64,000 nt of DNA, taken from a virus (taxonomy: Duplodnaviria; Heunggongvirae; Uroviricota; Caudoviricetes). Position 1 is the first letter of the stretch. Each line of letters starts with the position of its first letter. The notes beneath the pieces were generated by a model. It was not told the origin of the DNA. It saw nothing but the letters and a program-made list of their open reading frames with translations, and did not search any database. The stretch lies in IMG/VR virus record IMGVR_UViG_3300048670_001104; one strand, given 5' to 3'. The position numbers were made by a program, and so were the translations under genes. Below, piece by piece: positions 19,052 through 27,117 of this stretch.

Positions 19052-19341
19052 GACCACTTCAATAAAAACATGGTTCTGTCTGCTTCATTGCGGAACCAAT
19101 ACTTACGATCACTGCCCACCCAGAGTCCATGTTCGGTCATCCAATCACCGTTGCCGAATGTGATCACTACCCAATCTCCCATCTTATCCCACTCCTTACG
19201 AGAGTAGTTGCATGGCTGGACCCAATAGGGCCATCGAGTTTGATTGTCAGCATAACCAGTTTCAAGGCGTTTCATGGTGAGTTGGGCTATAGTATCCGTT
19301 ATTTCATCTACCCACTTGGCGGTGAATCCCTTGTTGGTCAT
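19048..19341 (-). CDS. small protein of FLL(K/R)W(S/Q) paralog family (copy 1)
   Basis: ...NEADRTMFLLKWS. ATGA junction at 19338-19341. Confidence 0.5.
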   Translation of the reverse strand: MTNKGFTAKWVDEITDTIAQLTMKRLETGYADNQTRWPYWVQPCNYSRKEWDKMGDWVVITFGNGDWMTEHGLWVGSDRKYWFRNEADRTMFLLKWS

Positions 19342-19727
19342 CGACGCATTGAGGCGGCGTCTATTGCTTGTTGCTGGTTGAACACCGGCTGCAAACAAGA
19401 TTTATGTAGGACAGTCACTCCAATGATCTCAGTGCCTGTATAAACTTTCACATTGGGCGTGGTGTCATGCCCTGCTGTGACCCTGCTGGGGATGTGATGA
19501 GTGTTGGTGCGACCCACTGGCGTTTCCAGTCGATACACCAAGGGCTCTGCTTTCATAGCACGGGCTTGTTTTTTCTTTTCTGCTTCCACACCTTGACGTT
19601 TCAGCAGTTCCTTCCACTCAGTATCAAGTTCGCGGGCCTTCTGGGCTTCAGCAGCATTACGGTATTTGAACTTGCCCTTTTTCTTGCCGTTGAGACTTAG
19701 GGCAGGGCCGCACATGTGCATGGTCAT
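19338..19727 (-). CDS. hypothetical protein (first gene of the promoter-driven operon)
   Basis: 129 aa. GGAG RBS. Directly downstream of the promoter at 19754..19782. Confidence 0.5.
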   Translation of the reverse strand: MTMHMCGPALSLNGKKKGKFKYRNAAEAQKARELDTEWKELLKRQGVEAEKKKQARAMKAEPLVYRLETPVGRTNTHHIPSRVTAGHDTTPNVKVYTGTEIIGVTVLHKSCLQPVFNQQQAIDAASMRR

Positions 19728-19753
19728 AGAGTTCTCCAGGTAATCATGTGCTT

Positions 19754-19782
19754 ATTATAGCACAGCTGGAATTACTGGTCAA
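19754..19782 (-). promoter_or_regulatory. sigma70-type promoter TTGACC-N17-TATAAT
   Basis: Plus strand reads tattatagcac...ggtcaac. On the minus strand this is TTGACC, 17-nt spacer, TATAAT. Confidence 0.7.
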
Positions 19783-19785
19783 CGA

Positions 19786-20100
19786 CTATTTGAACAGGAT
19801 CAGCGCCATTAGAACAGCCTGCACAATGAATCCAGTACCCACCGTGACTATGTTCAGCATGTCTTTGAGCACCACAGCCCGCATGAACAGCAACACCAAA
19901 CCGGCCCACATGAACAGCACAATATCTAAACTGGGTGTGCGATCACTCAGCCCAGTCATCAGGGCAAGCAAAGTTGGAACTGTGGCAGCATGTAGAACCA
20001 ACGCAGCCATCCATTGCAGGGTCTCTGCTGAAAGTCTGGGCAAGTGTTCCTGCAGCCAAGTGAGCACAGATTTTGGCCAGTTTTGCGGTTCAAAGGTCAT
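19786..20100 (-). CDS. membrane protein (holin/pinholin candidate), translationally coupled to the cell-wall hydrolase
   Basis: 104 aa from MTFEPQNW. Two to three hydrophobic helices. ATGA overlap with the hydrolase stop at 20097-20100. Confidence 0.5.
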   Translation of the reverse strand: MTFEPQNWPKSVLTWLQEHLPRLSAETLQWMAALVLHAATVPTLLALMTGLSDRTPSLDIVLFMWAGLVLLFMRAVVLKDMLNIVTVGTGFIVQAVLMALILFK

Positions 20101-20669
20101 GTTTTTTCTCCATAAAAGATATGATGTCCGATTTTCTCTAACCGGGGCTTTTTCCAACCCGGATTCACATAGTCAGCGTGATAGTAAAGTGCGTCTTTTA
20201 ATCCGGGCAAGCGGAATCCTTCCAACAGCACTTTCTTGGCCACTTCTTCACTTTCGTTCCAAAGAGGTCGGTGGATCACTTTGCCGGGATTTCCTCTTTC
20301 ACAGAACCATGAGAACTGGCACACCACTTTTTCGTAAAACACATTTTTCTGATATACCACCGCACACACAGAACTGGCAAACCGGCCAGACTCCACGCGG
20401 TTCATGGTGACTTGTGCCACACCCACTTTGCCTTCAAATGGTTCGTTTGCAGCTTCCCAGTAGATGTTGCGTGTGAGGCAATCTAGTTCTCGAGTGCGTT
20501 GAGCAGCACTGATGTAGCCTGTGGGTAGGTCGACCGATTGTTCACGCAGTGTTTCAAATCGGGCAGAAGTTACAGCACATACCACATAGATCACTGCCGC
20601 CAGGCCAAAGGCCTTCAGCAGATATGAACCGTAGCGTTGTGCCAGAGAGGATAGTTGATTTGCTTTCAT
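20097..20669 (-). CDS. SleB-type cell wall hydrolase (Hydrolase_2 family) with N-terminal signal-anchor; endolysin candidate
   Basis: CLTRNIYWEAANEPFEGKVGVAQVTMNRV...VCAVVYQKN...QFSWFCERG matches the SleB/cell-wall-hydrolase family. N-terminal hydrophobic G/A-rich helix LLKAFGLAAVIYVVCAV. The track start 20702 is GTG, so I use the ATG at 20669. Confidence 0.75.
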   Translation of the reverse strand: MKANQLSSLAQRYGSYLLKAFGLAAVIYVVCAVTSARFETLREQSVDLPTGYISAAQRTRELDCLTRNIYWEAANEPFEGKVGVAQVTMNRVESGRFASSVCAVVYQKNVFYEKVVCQFSWFCERGNPGKVIHRPLWNESEEVAKKVLLEGFRLPGLKDALYYHADYVNPGWKKPRLEKIGHHIFYGEKT

Positions 20670-20749
20670 GGTAGTGTTACTTACTGAAATGGGCAAAATC
20701 ACCCGGGATATCGAATCAAAACAGTATGGTTTTGGTCGATCACATGTGT

Positions 20750-20777
20750 ATTATACACTCACCAGTCGAATTTGCAA
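20750..20777 (-). promoter_or_regulatory. sigma70-type promoter TTGCAA-N16-TATAAT
   Basis: Plus strand gtgtattatacac ... tttgcaaacc. Upstream of the hydrolase gene. Confidence 0.55.
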
Positions 20778-21550
20778 ACCGGGATCGGCAACATCTTGTG
20801 TAGATTTGCGGCGCGGATCTCACGGTATCGGCGAAGATTTTTCTTTTCTTGTGCGGAGTCTACACCACAGTTGGTTTCGGCTTGAGTCATAGCCAGTTCC
20901 AATTCAGGATAGGTCATGCCCAGTTGATCTTGATCGGTGCGGCCATCTGTCCACAATCCATCTGTAGGGGGTGCATCAATGATCTCTTGTGGCAGGCCCA
21001 GTTCACGACCCATGTCCCACACCGCAGTTTTCATGCAGTCACCAATGGGGCTGATATCCACACCGCCGTCGCCATACTTGGTAAAAAAGCCCACACCAAA
21101 GTCTTCCACTCGGTTGCCTGTGCCCACAACAATACCGCGGTTGCATTGTGCGATCTGATACAGAGTCATCATACGCAATCTAGCACGACTGTTGGCACTG
21201 GCCAACTGGTATGTTCCGTGTGTGTCATCTTCGATATCACAGTAGGGATCTACCTTCTTTTCAAATGCAGCAAACACAGGAGTGAGATCCATACTCATGT
21301 GTGTGACTGTGTCTGCATGGCGTTCCAGCAACCAACTGGCCTGCATGGAACTGCAATTGTCCAAGGTTCGGTTTTGCCGGATGGGCATCTGCACCACGAT
21401 GGTTTTGAGTCCAGTTCTAGCACACAATGCACTCACCACACTACTATCAATACCACCAGAGATACCCACCACCAGTGTGTTGATTTTGGCACTGCGGGCA
21501 TAGCTCTTGATCCACTTCACGATGGTGGTGATGCGTTGTTTGGGTGTCAT
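20759..21550 (-). CDS. nadE: NH3-dependent NAD+ synthetase
   Basis: PP-loop GISGGIDSS. GTGNRVEDFGVGFFTKYGDGGVDISPIGD...LGLPQEIIDAPPTDGLW matches NadE. Start set at the Met forming an ATGA junction with the upstream stop. Confidence 0.85.
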   Translation of the reverse strand: MTPKQRITTIVKWIKSYARSAKINTLVVGISGGIDSSVVSALCARTGLKTIVVQMPIRQNRTLDNCSSMQASWLLERHADTVTHMSMDLTPVFAAFEKKVDPYCDIEDDTHGTYQLASANSRARLRMMTLYQIAQCNRGIVVGTGNRVEDFGVGFFTKYGDGGVDISPIGDCMKTAVWDMGRELGLPQEIIDAPPTDGLWTDGRTDQDQLGMTYPELELAMTQAETNCGVDSAQEKKNLRRYREIRAANLHKMLPIPVCKFDW

Positions 21551-22128
21551 AGTTTTGGCTTGGGCAACTTCTTCAAGGCTTCCCACATCTTGGTTTTCTC
21601 TTGGCATTTCTTCTCCAGTTTTCTATAGCGTTCGCCCAGGCGGCGTAGGTCGTCCCATTCCTTTTCCAGTTCAGGATTGGGTGTGAGGATGTTCAGTCGT
21701 TGTTCCACCTGTTCCATCCACTTGTTCATGCTCTTGCCGTTGATCCGGATGTCGGCCTTTTCGCCTTTTATATCGATCTGCCCGGATTGTTCAACCTTCA
21801 TGTTATAGTCGGTGGCGGATGAGCCGATATTCAAGCCGGTGCCGGTAGTGGTCAGCGTTTGATAAGGAGAGTTGTTGGTATACACATTCGGACTCAGGCC
21901 GATATGACCCACCTGATGTATTCCACCTGTGGCACTCTGGGCAGCAGTGATTTGACCCCAGGGCATACTGGACTCTCTGCTGGATATGTTCCACTCATCA
22001 TACTCCTGCAGGTTCTTCACTGCCGACGCAAGACCTCGCATGCGGCTCCTCATGTTGGCCTCGGCCTCCTGAACCTTGCTATTGAACTCTTTCGAGGTCA
22101 ACGGACCAATAGTCGCCGGGTCGATCAT
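21547..22128 (-). CDS. hypothetical protein
   Basis: 193 aa with a coiled-coil-like C-terminus. ATGA junctions on both sides. Confidence 0.5.
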   Translation of the reverse strand: MIDPATIGPLTSKEFNSKVQEAEANMRSRMRGLASAVKNLQEYDEWNISSRESSMPWGQITAAQSATGGIHQVGHIGLSPNVYTNNSPYQTLTTTGTGLNIGSSATDYNMKVEQSGQIDIKGEKADIRINGKSMNKWMEQVEQRLNILTPNPELEKEWDDLRRLGERYRKLEKKCQEKTKMWEALKKLPKPKL

Positions 22129-22310
22129 TTGGCCGCTAGTGCTTCTTTTTCTGCGGTGATCTCTTTGCGGCGTTCTTTGATGCCTTTGCTCATCTCCTGC
22201 AGAGCTTTTCTAGCTCGGGCTGCTGCGGCTTTCACATCCTTGGTTGTGAATTTCTCATTTTCGGCGATGTATGTTTCGTAAGCAGCTACGATTTGTTCGT
22301 GATTGGTCAT
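22125..22310 (-). CDS. hypothetical small K/A-rich protein
   Basis: 61 aa from MTNHEQ. AAGGAAA RBS 8 nt upstream. The ORF-track Met at 22346 lies upstream of the predicted TSS. Confidence 0.5.
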   Translation of the reverse strand: MTNHEQIVAAYETYIAENEKFTTKDVKAAAARARKALQEMSKGIKERRKEITAEKEALAAK

Positions 22311-22351
22311 TTTGTTTTTCCTTGTGTTGATGAGCACTGTGCTCATGTGCT

Positions 22352-22380
22352 AGTATATACACCTTGGAACAAGATGTCAA
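22352..22380 (-). promoter_or_regulatory. sigma70-type promoter TTGACA-N17-TATACT
   Basis: Minus-strand reading of tagtatatac...tgtcaa. Confidence 0.65.
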
Positions 22381-22381
22381 A

Positions 22382-22597
22382 TTATTCTATAAAGATATGG
22401 CGCCGCTCCCATGAGTCCCATATGGTGGTGAGGTTCCAGTCGCCTGCCCATGAAAGTTGAAACAGGCCCAGTGCCCGATAGTCAGGCAGATGTAAACGGT
22501 TTTCTATGATGCGAGCTGCTGCTGTGGGATTGGATCTGATCCATGTCTTGAACTTGGCATCCGGTAGTTCCCCGCGGTATAATATTATGTATTGCAC
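22382..22597 (-). CDS. hypothetical protein
   Basis: 71-aa ORF. No own promoter or RBS seen. Lies just downstream of a terminator, so expression is uncertain. Confidence 0.3.
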   Translation of the reverse strand: MQYIILYRGELPDAKFKTWIRSNPTAAARIIENRLHLPDYRALGLFQLSWAGDWNLTTIWDSWERRHIFIE

Positions 22598-22630
22598 AGA
22601 GTTGGCATGAGCCTTTGCCCACGAGATATT

Positions 22631-22660
22631 TAGCCAAAAGAAAAGGCCCTTGCGGGCCTT
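22631..22660 (-). terminator. Rho-independent terminator (AAGGCCC-TTGC-GGGCCTT followed by U-tract on minus strand)
   Basis: 7-bp GC stem, 4-nt loop, then TTCTTTTGG on the transcribed (minus) strand. Downstream of gene 22687..23025. Confidence 0.7.
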
Positions 22661-22686
22661 TGGCGTGCGGAATCAGTGCCCGATTA

Positions 22687-23025
22687 TTAGGCTGTTGCTT
22701 CCTGTGTTGCAGGAGTCTTGGATGCAGAAACCACCTTGGTGGCTTTGATCTTGACTTCGCCTTTCTTGGCCACCTTGGCTTTTTCAGCCAGCTTGTTGGC
22801 TACTGCAAAGCCAGCATCACCAGCGGTAATGCCCAGGGTCTGCAGATGTTGCAGAGCCTCCATCTTGGTCATTGCCCGAGGCAGTTCAATCAAGTTGATA
22901 TTGGTGCAGTTGTTTTTGTTGAGAATCTTGATGCGAGCCACCAAGTCGTTTGCAAAGCGCACCTTGACGGTGCCATCGCTGTTAGTTGCAGTACCGGATA
23001 CGGTAAAAGTTTTTTCTGTTGCCAT
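22687..23025 (-). CDS. hypothetical protein with lysine-rich C-terminal tail (possible DNA-binding)
   Basis: 112 aa. Flanked by its own consensus promoter and terminator, so it forms a single-gene transcription unit. Confidence 0.55.
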   Translation of the reverse strand: MATEKTFTVSGTATNSDGTVKVRFANDLVARIKILNKNNCTNINLIELPRAMTKMEALQHLQTLGITAGDAGFAVANKLAEKAKVAKKGEVKIKATKVVSASKTPATQEATA

Positions 23026-23079
23026 GATAAGTTGCCTTTTTTTGAGTTGATTAAAATGCTGTTCCGCACAGCTGACCTA

Positions 23080-23108
23080 ATTATAACATAAAGGTTGATC
23101 AGTGTCAA
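23080..23108 (-). promoter_or_regulatory. sigma70-type promoter TTGACA-N17-TATAAT
   Basis: Minus-strand reading of aattataac...gtgtcaacc. Confidence 0.7.
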
Positions 23109-23121
23109 CCTTTTTGTCACG

Positions 23122-23379
23122 TTAGATTTCTGGAGTTTGCCGAATATGTTCCGCAAACTGACCTTCAGAAACCATGGTCGAGAAGGTCTCGAACAGGATG
23201 TCGAATTTACGGTCGTATACTTTGGACAGGGCTCGCAGCTCATCGGTGTCGGCACCGGAGTTGGCAAACTGTCGGAGATCGTCCACCATGCTCCAGCAGG
23301 TCAGAATCTGCTGTTCCAGATCAAATCGATCCACGGTTCGTGGCACTTGGGACGTTTTGGGGTTTTTGTCTTTTTTCAT
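23122..23379 (-). CDS. hypothetical protein
   Basis: 85-aa acidic ORF. ATGA junction with the upstream gene. Confidence 0.45.
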   Translation of the reverse strand: MKKDKNPKTSQVPRTVDRFDLEQQILTCWSMVDDLRQFANSGADTDELRALSKVYDRKFDILFETFSTMVSEGQFAEHIRQTPEI

Positions 23380-23504
23380 TTTGCTACCTCTTGTGAAGTT
23401 TGTTTGATTGATTCAACACCACGATCTGCCACACGGGCCAGGCCCGTGAAGCCAATGGTGCTGACTACTACGCCTAACACAAAACCAATAATAAGTTTGA
23501 TCAT
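23376..23504 (-). CDS. small membrane protein (42 aa)
   Basis: MIKLIIGFVLGVVVSTIGFTGLA forms one TM helix. Start chosen at the ATGA junction 23501-23504. Confidence 0.4.
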   Translation of the reverse strand: MIKLIIGFVLGVVVSTIGFTGLARVADRGVESIKQTSQEVAK

Positions 23505-23782
23505 ACTTTCTCCGCTGTTTTTGGAAAACGTCCAAAGGCTTCTGCGGCACCATTGCAGTCCCACAACTTCTGTCCGTATTTGCCTAGCAACCAAACCTGA
23601 ATGTCATCATGTGCGGCCCACTGTATGCATTCTTTTCGTGCAGTTTCATAGTTATTGGTTTTCAACAAGATCTGACGACCTTCTGTGTCGATCTCAGCAT
23701 CCTCCTTGGAAGATACATCTGTTACCACCTGGTATTTAGATAGGTATCGCATCGTTGCTCCTTTTGTTTTGCATGATCTCAC
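23501..23782 (-). CDS. hypothetical protein
   Basis: 93-aa ORF. Confidence 0.45.
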   Translation of the reverse strand: MRSCKTKGATMRYLSKYQVVTDVSSKEDAEIDTEGRQILLKTNNYETARKECIQWAAHDDIQVWLLGKYGQKLWDCNGAAEAFGRFPKTAEKV

Positions 23783-24057
23783 ATGCTCCAGTAAGTTTCA
23801 GAGGAAGGAGAGCAGAAGTAAGGCGTGTTCACATCTTCTTGGAACTCCGCACCACTCATCAGGTTCTTGCGAGTCACCATGCGCGGTTTGTAGTGCTGGG
23901 TGTTCACAATGCTCAGCTCATCAACCGACCAACCTGCTTTGCGGCACAGACGAGTGCGAGTGGCACGGGCCGATGCAAAGGTCTTGTAGGAACGAGTCTT
24001 GTTAGGACCATCAGTAGCGATAAGTCCAGTAGCGCGAACGATAATGTAGTAGCTCAT
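23779..24057 (-). CDS. hypothetical basic protein
   Basis: 92 aa from MSYYIIV. GGAG RBS. The ORF-track start 24168 lies upstream of the promoter. Confidence 0.45.
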   Translation of the reverse strand: MSYYIIVRATGLIATDGPNKTRSYKTFASARATRTRLCRKAGWSVDELSIVNTQHYKPRMVTRKNLMSGAEFQEDVNTPYFCSPSSETYWSM

Positions 24058-24090
24058 TTTTTGCTCCAGTGTGTTGCTGTGTATGCATGT

Positions 24091-24119
24091 ATTATAGCAT
24101 TTCGAGCAATACCGGTCTA
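24091..24119 (-). promoter_or_regulatory. sigma70-type promoter (TAGACC-N17-TATAAT, weak -35)
   Basis: Plus strand has gtattatagcat with ggtcta 17 nt away. Confidence 0.45.
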
Positions 24120-24168
24120 CCGATTTCAACACAAAAAGTTGCGATTTTGTGTGGTTTTTTTGCAACAT

Positions 24169-24594
24169 TTAGTTTGCAATCAAAGGTGGAATCCTGCTCA
24201 TCGCAGACCATATCTGACCGTTGGGAATATCGTGCTCTTGATACCCTTCGAATATCATATCTAAATATCCCCTACTGGGGCCACAATCCAGATTATCAGG
24301 TTGCATCCTATAACATTCTGCCATGATGATATTGCCTTGATATTCAACTGGCAATACTGCACGATCGTAATATGAGGGATACCCTTCTAGCATATCCAAA
24401 TCCTCTAGATGTTCTTCATCAATTAGCCATAGCACCCCGTCCACAGCTTCTCCTGCCCGTGCCACAACATCAGCATGATGGCTGAATCTAAACTCATGAT
24501 CCAACAATCGAGCGTGACCAAAAGAGATGGCACCAGGGCACCTCCAGGTCATGCTGGATCGATTGGTATTCATTCCGTAGGCAAAATAGAACAT
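24169..24594 (-). CDS. gamma-glutamyl cyclotransferase-like (AIG2/GGCT fold)
   Basis: N-terminal MFYFAYGMNTNRSSM...ARL motif matches the YFAYGSNL signature of GGCT. Confidence 0.6.
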   Translation of the reverse strand: MFYFAYGMNTNRSSMTWRCPGAISFGHARLLDHEFRFSHHADVVARAGEAVDGVLWLIDEEHLEDLDMLEGYPSYYDRAVLPVEYQGNIIMAECYRMQPDNLDCGPSRGYLDMIFEGYQEHDIPNGQIWSAMSRIPPLIAN

Positions 24595-25562
24595 TCTTCT
24601 GTAATAAGATCAGGGTTAGCGTATTTTACGATTTTGGGTGCTTTTGGAATTTTTACTTTTTTAGGTTTTTTGTGGTTTGGGATTTCGCCACGTTCTTTAA
24701 CACTTTTATCTTTACCTTCCAGAGCTAGTTTAGCGTTGAGCGCCGCTGAAAAATCTTTTATTACTTCATTGTCAATACGGTCTTGTGCAGTTGCACAATA
24801 CTCTTTGCTCATGTCAATGCCTAAATATCGCCTTCCAGTTCTTTCAGCAACAAAGGTGGTGGTGCCTGCTCCGTTGAATGGATCAAGTATTACATCGTTT
24901 TGGAAGGAGAACATCTTCAATGCTCTGTATGCTAGTTCTGTCGGAAACATAGCAGGGTGGCCATAGTCTTTCATATTGCGTTCAGGAGCAATGCTCCATT
25001 TGGCATCGGCCCAGGTCTTAAACTCATTGCCGGTGATATCGGCCAACACACTATCTCCATTGTGCTTGAGTTCACCTTTGCAAAATACTTCCAGGAACTC
25101 CCAGGTGTATTTAAAATATGGGCCACTGGGACTCTTCCAAGAGCCCCATGCACAATAAGCACAGTTCCTGTGATTTTTTTCCCAAAGTATTTCGGCCTTC
25201 CAGATAAGTCCACGATCAATGAATCCTTTTGAGATTAGATGATGACTGGGAATATACTCACTAAACAACGGCTGGGTGTTGACAATGATTCGGCCTCCGT
25301 GTTTTACTACTCGGATGCACTCGTCAAAAATTTCCCAAAGCATATTAAAATACGATGGCCAATCGGTCTCATCGTCGTGAGTGTCATATCCCATCCCAAA
25401 GTTATAAGGTGGTGATGTGAATACTAGGTCTACGCAATTGTCAGGCAGTTGTTTCAACACACTCAAGCTGTCGGCGTTAACAATTTGATTAGTATATTGA
25501 AGAGGAAAATCGTTATTTTGTTTTGAGAATTCTTTGGTATAGCTTTTGTAGCCGGCGGCCAT
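24570..25562 (-). CDS. DNA methyltransferase (N6-adenine or N4-cytosine, beta class)
   Basis: Motif IV DLVFTSPPY precedes motif I LDPFNGAGTT (FxGxG). AAGGA RBS. Confidence 0.85.
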   Translation of the reverse strand: MAAGYKSYTKEFSKQNNDFPLQYTNQIVNADSLSVLKQLPDNCVDLVFTSPPYNFGMGYDTHDDETDWPSYFNMLWEIFDECIRVVKHGGRIIVNTQPLFSEYIPSHHLISKGFIDRGLIWKAEILWEKNHRNCAYCAWGSWKSPSGPYFKYTWEFLEVFCKGELKHNGDSVLADITGNEFKTWADAKWSIAPERNMKDYGHPAMFPTELAYRALKMFSFQNDVILDPFNGAGTTTFVAERTGRRYLGIDMSKEYCATAQDRIDNEVIKDFSAALNAKLALEGKDKSVKERGEIPNHKKPKKVKIPKAPKIVKYANPDLITEECSILPTE

Positions 25563-25596
25563 GCTGTGTCCTTAAAAATGTTATTGTACAGCAATA

Positions 25597-25623
25597 CTTA
25601 TGCAGGGTCAAGCCCTGCATAAG
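25597..25623. other. perfect 11-bp inverted repeat (cttatgcaggg-tcaag-ccctgcataag) in the MTase / upstream-gene intergenic region
   Basis: Seen directly in the sequence. Candidate attenuator or operator between the candidate nuclease and the MTase. Confidence 0.6.
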
Positions 25624-25630
25624 TTGTGTA

Positions 25631-26476
25631 TTACCAATTCCAGATAATACCATTATCGTCAATTGACTCACGCAAAGTTTTACTTGAGTTCGATGCGATT
25701 ACATTATATGTTGTGAATTGCGTCGGGTGTGCAGTAGACAATTTGGCAATGAGTGTATTCTTAACTTCCTGAAATCGGGTGTATTTTAATGCTGGATACT
25801 TTTCTTTTACACGGTTAACACCACGTTCACATACCACTAAATTGATATGATCTGCGATTTCAGATCCTTTTGTTGCACCTACTGACACATTGTTATCAGT
25901 GATGAATACATGTTTTGCGTTTGGAAAACTTTGATGTAAACGAAGTCCTTGAGCGTTTACTCCATTGAAACAGGTTGAGCAAGCATGGCCACCTTTATCT
26001 TCAACTGCAATGATAGGAACTAAAACAGATTTTCTGTTAATCGTAGTTTCGATGGCTAGCCCTCCATCAACGTCTTTAAGAGGAGTGTACCCATTGGAGT
26101 ACACAGTTTCCACAATAGGCCTGTTTTGAATAACTACAACCTTACTATTTTTCCATGACGGGTTTTTTAAAAGCTCGCAGCGAACTAACTCAAAAATTGG
26201 AGCCCACTTTTGTTCTCGCCACGTAGAATACTTCTTATTCTGCCCAATGTTGATTGGATTAGACTTCTGCGGTAGTTCGTGCCATTTCTCCCACATGAAT
26301 TTATCGTACGGGGTAATACGATTGATGTATTCTTCTACATCAATGTTTCCATTAAGTAGATCTGCCATCGCTTTTTCTACGGCATCTAACATAGATACCG
26401 CCTGTTTAATGTAAGGATGATCTGTACTGGATGCCGTAAGTGTTTTACGATGATACTGAAGATTAAAATTACTCAT
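25631..26476 (-). CDS. hypothetical protein; candidate PD-(D/E)xK restriction endonuclease partner of the adjacent MTase
   Basis: 281 aa. ...LKDVDGG...PIIAVEDKGG fits a D...(D/E)xK arrangement. Immediately upstream of the MTase on the same strand. AAGGAA RBS. Confidence 0.55.
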   Translation of the reverse strand: MSNFNLQYHRKTLTASSTDHPYIKQAVSMLDAVEKAMADLLNGNIDVEEYINRITPYDKFMWEKWHELPQKSNPINIGQNKKYSTWREQKWAPIFELVRCELLKNPSWKNSKVVVIQNRPIVETVYSNGYTPLKDVDGGLAIETTINRKSVLVPIIAVEDKGGHACSTCFNGVNAQGLRLHQSFPNAKHVFITDNNVSVGATKGSEIADHINLVVCERGVNRVKEKYPALKYTRFQEVKNTLIAKLSTAHPTQFTTYNVIASNSSKTLRESIDDNGIIWNW

Positions 26477-26589
26477 TTAAATTTCCTTTTCTGTCTAATA
26501 GACGTTTGGTTAGGTTGGATGGTCCAACCATCGTGCCGCACAAGGCGGGCGTTTAAGTTATAGCAAGAACTATTTCTTACTATGCTGTT

Positions 26590-26618
26590 AGCATAGCAGA
26601 GTAGAAGTTAATTGTCAA
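26590..26618 (-). promoter_or_regulatory. sigma70-type promoter TTGACA-N17-TATGCT overlapping a palindrome TATGCTgttAGCATA
   Basis: Minus-strand reading of agcata...tgtcaa. Confidence 0.5.
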
Positions 26619-26619
26619 C

Positions 26620-26647
26620 CACTAAAATCAGCAGAATCAATCTGCTG
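26620..26647 (-). terminator. Rho-independent terminator (CAGCAGA-ttgat-TCTGCTG + AUUUUAG)
   Basis: 7-bp stem downstream of gene 26767..27117, followed by a U-rich tract on the minus strand. Confidence 0.55.
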
Positions 26648-26766
26648 TTGCCGAAATCGTTGAGCTTCAGTTTCGTTATCAAACGTGCCTAATACTTCCA
26701 TACCACCCAGCGGATGAGAGAACCACACCAGCCATTGGTCTTCATCTTGTGTGCAATGCAGTTCAG

Positions 26767-27117
26767 TCATACAATTGCATCCTTTTGAGTTCTACGGTAA
26801 CCGTAGATCCGTTCACCTCGAGCACGGATCAGATCTGCGGCGTATTGTGGATCTGTCCGGAACATCGCCACAATATCTTCTTGGGTGATGTTGCCATCCA
26901 CACCAATGGCATAGATCTCATAATGCCGTTGTGTGTTGAATCGGGCTCGCAGTTGCCAGTGTTGGATATTGAAATCTTCTCGGGGCACCGGCTTGTTGGC
27001 TAGTATGGCCCAGGTTTTCAAAGCAGGATCAGCAACCTCCCCGATGGCTTCAAGGCCGTTGCAATCCCACATCACGCAAAATGTGCGTGGGCGTGATTCT
27101 TCGTCGTCATCCATCAT
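26767..27117 (-). CDS. hypothetical protein
   Basis: 116-aa ORF. Confidence 0.5.
   Translation of the reverse strand: MMDDDEESRPRTFCVMWDCNGLEAIGEVADPALKTWAILANKPVPREDFNIQHWQLRARFNTQRHYEIYAIGVDGNITQEDIVAMFRTDPQYAADLIRARGERIYGYRRTQKDAIV

Noticed and set aside
19748-21628. Plus-strand ORFs 19748..20410 and 20849..21628
   Set aside because: Antisense to the SleB-like hydrolase and NadE genes, which have clear family motifs. The plus-strand products are Cys/His/Ser-rich with no motifs.
23095-23739. 214-aa plus-strand ORF
   Set aside because: Overlaps three minus-strand genes that have promoters and RBSs. Composition is junk-like. No RBS.
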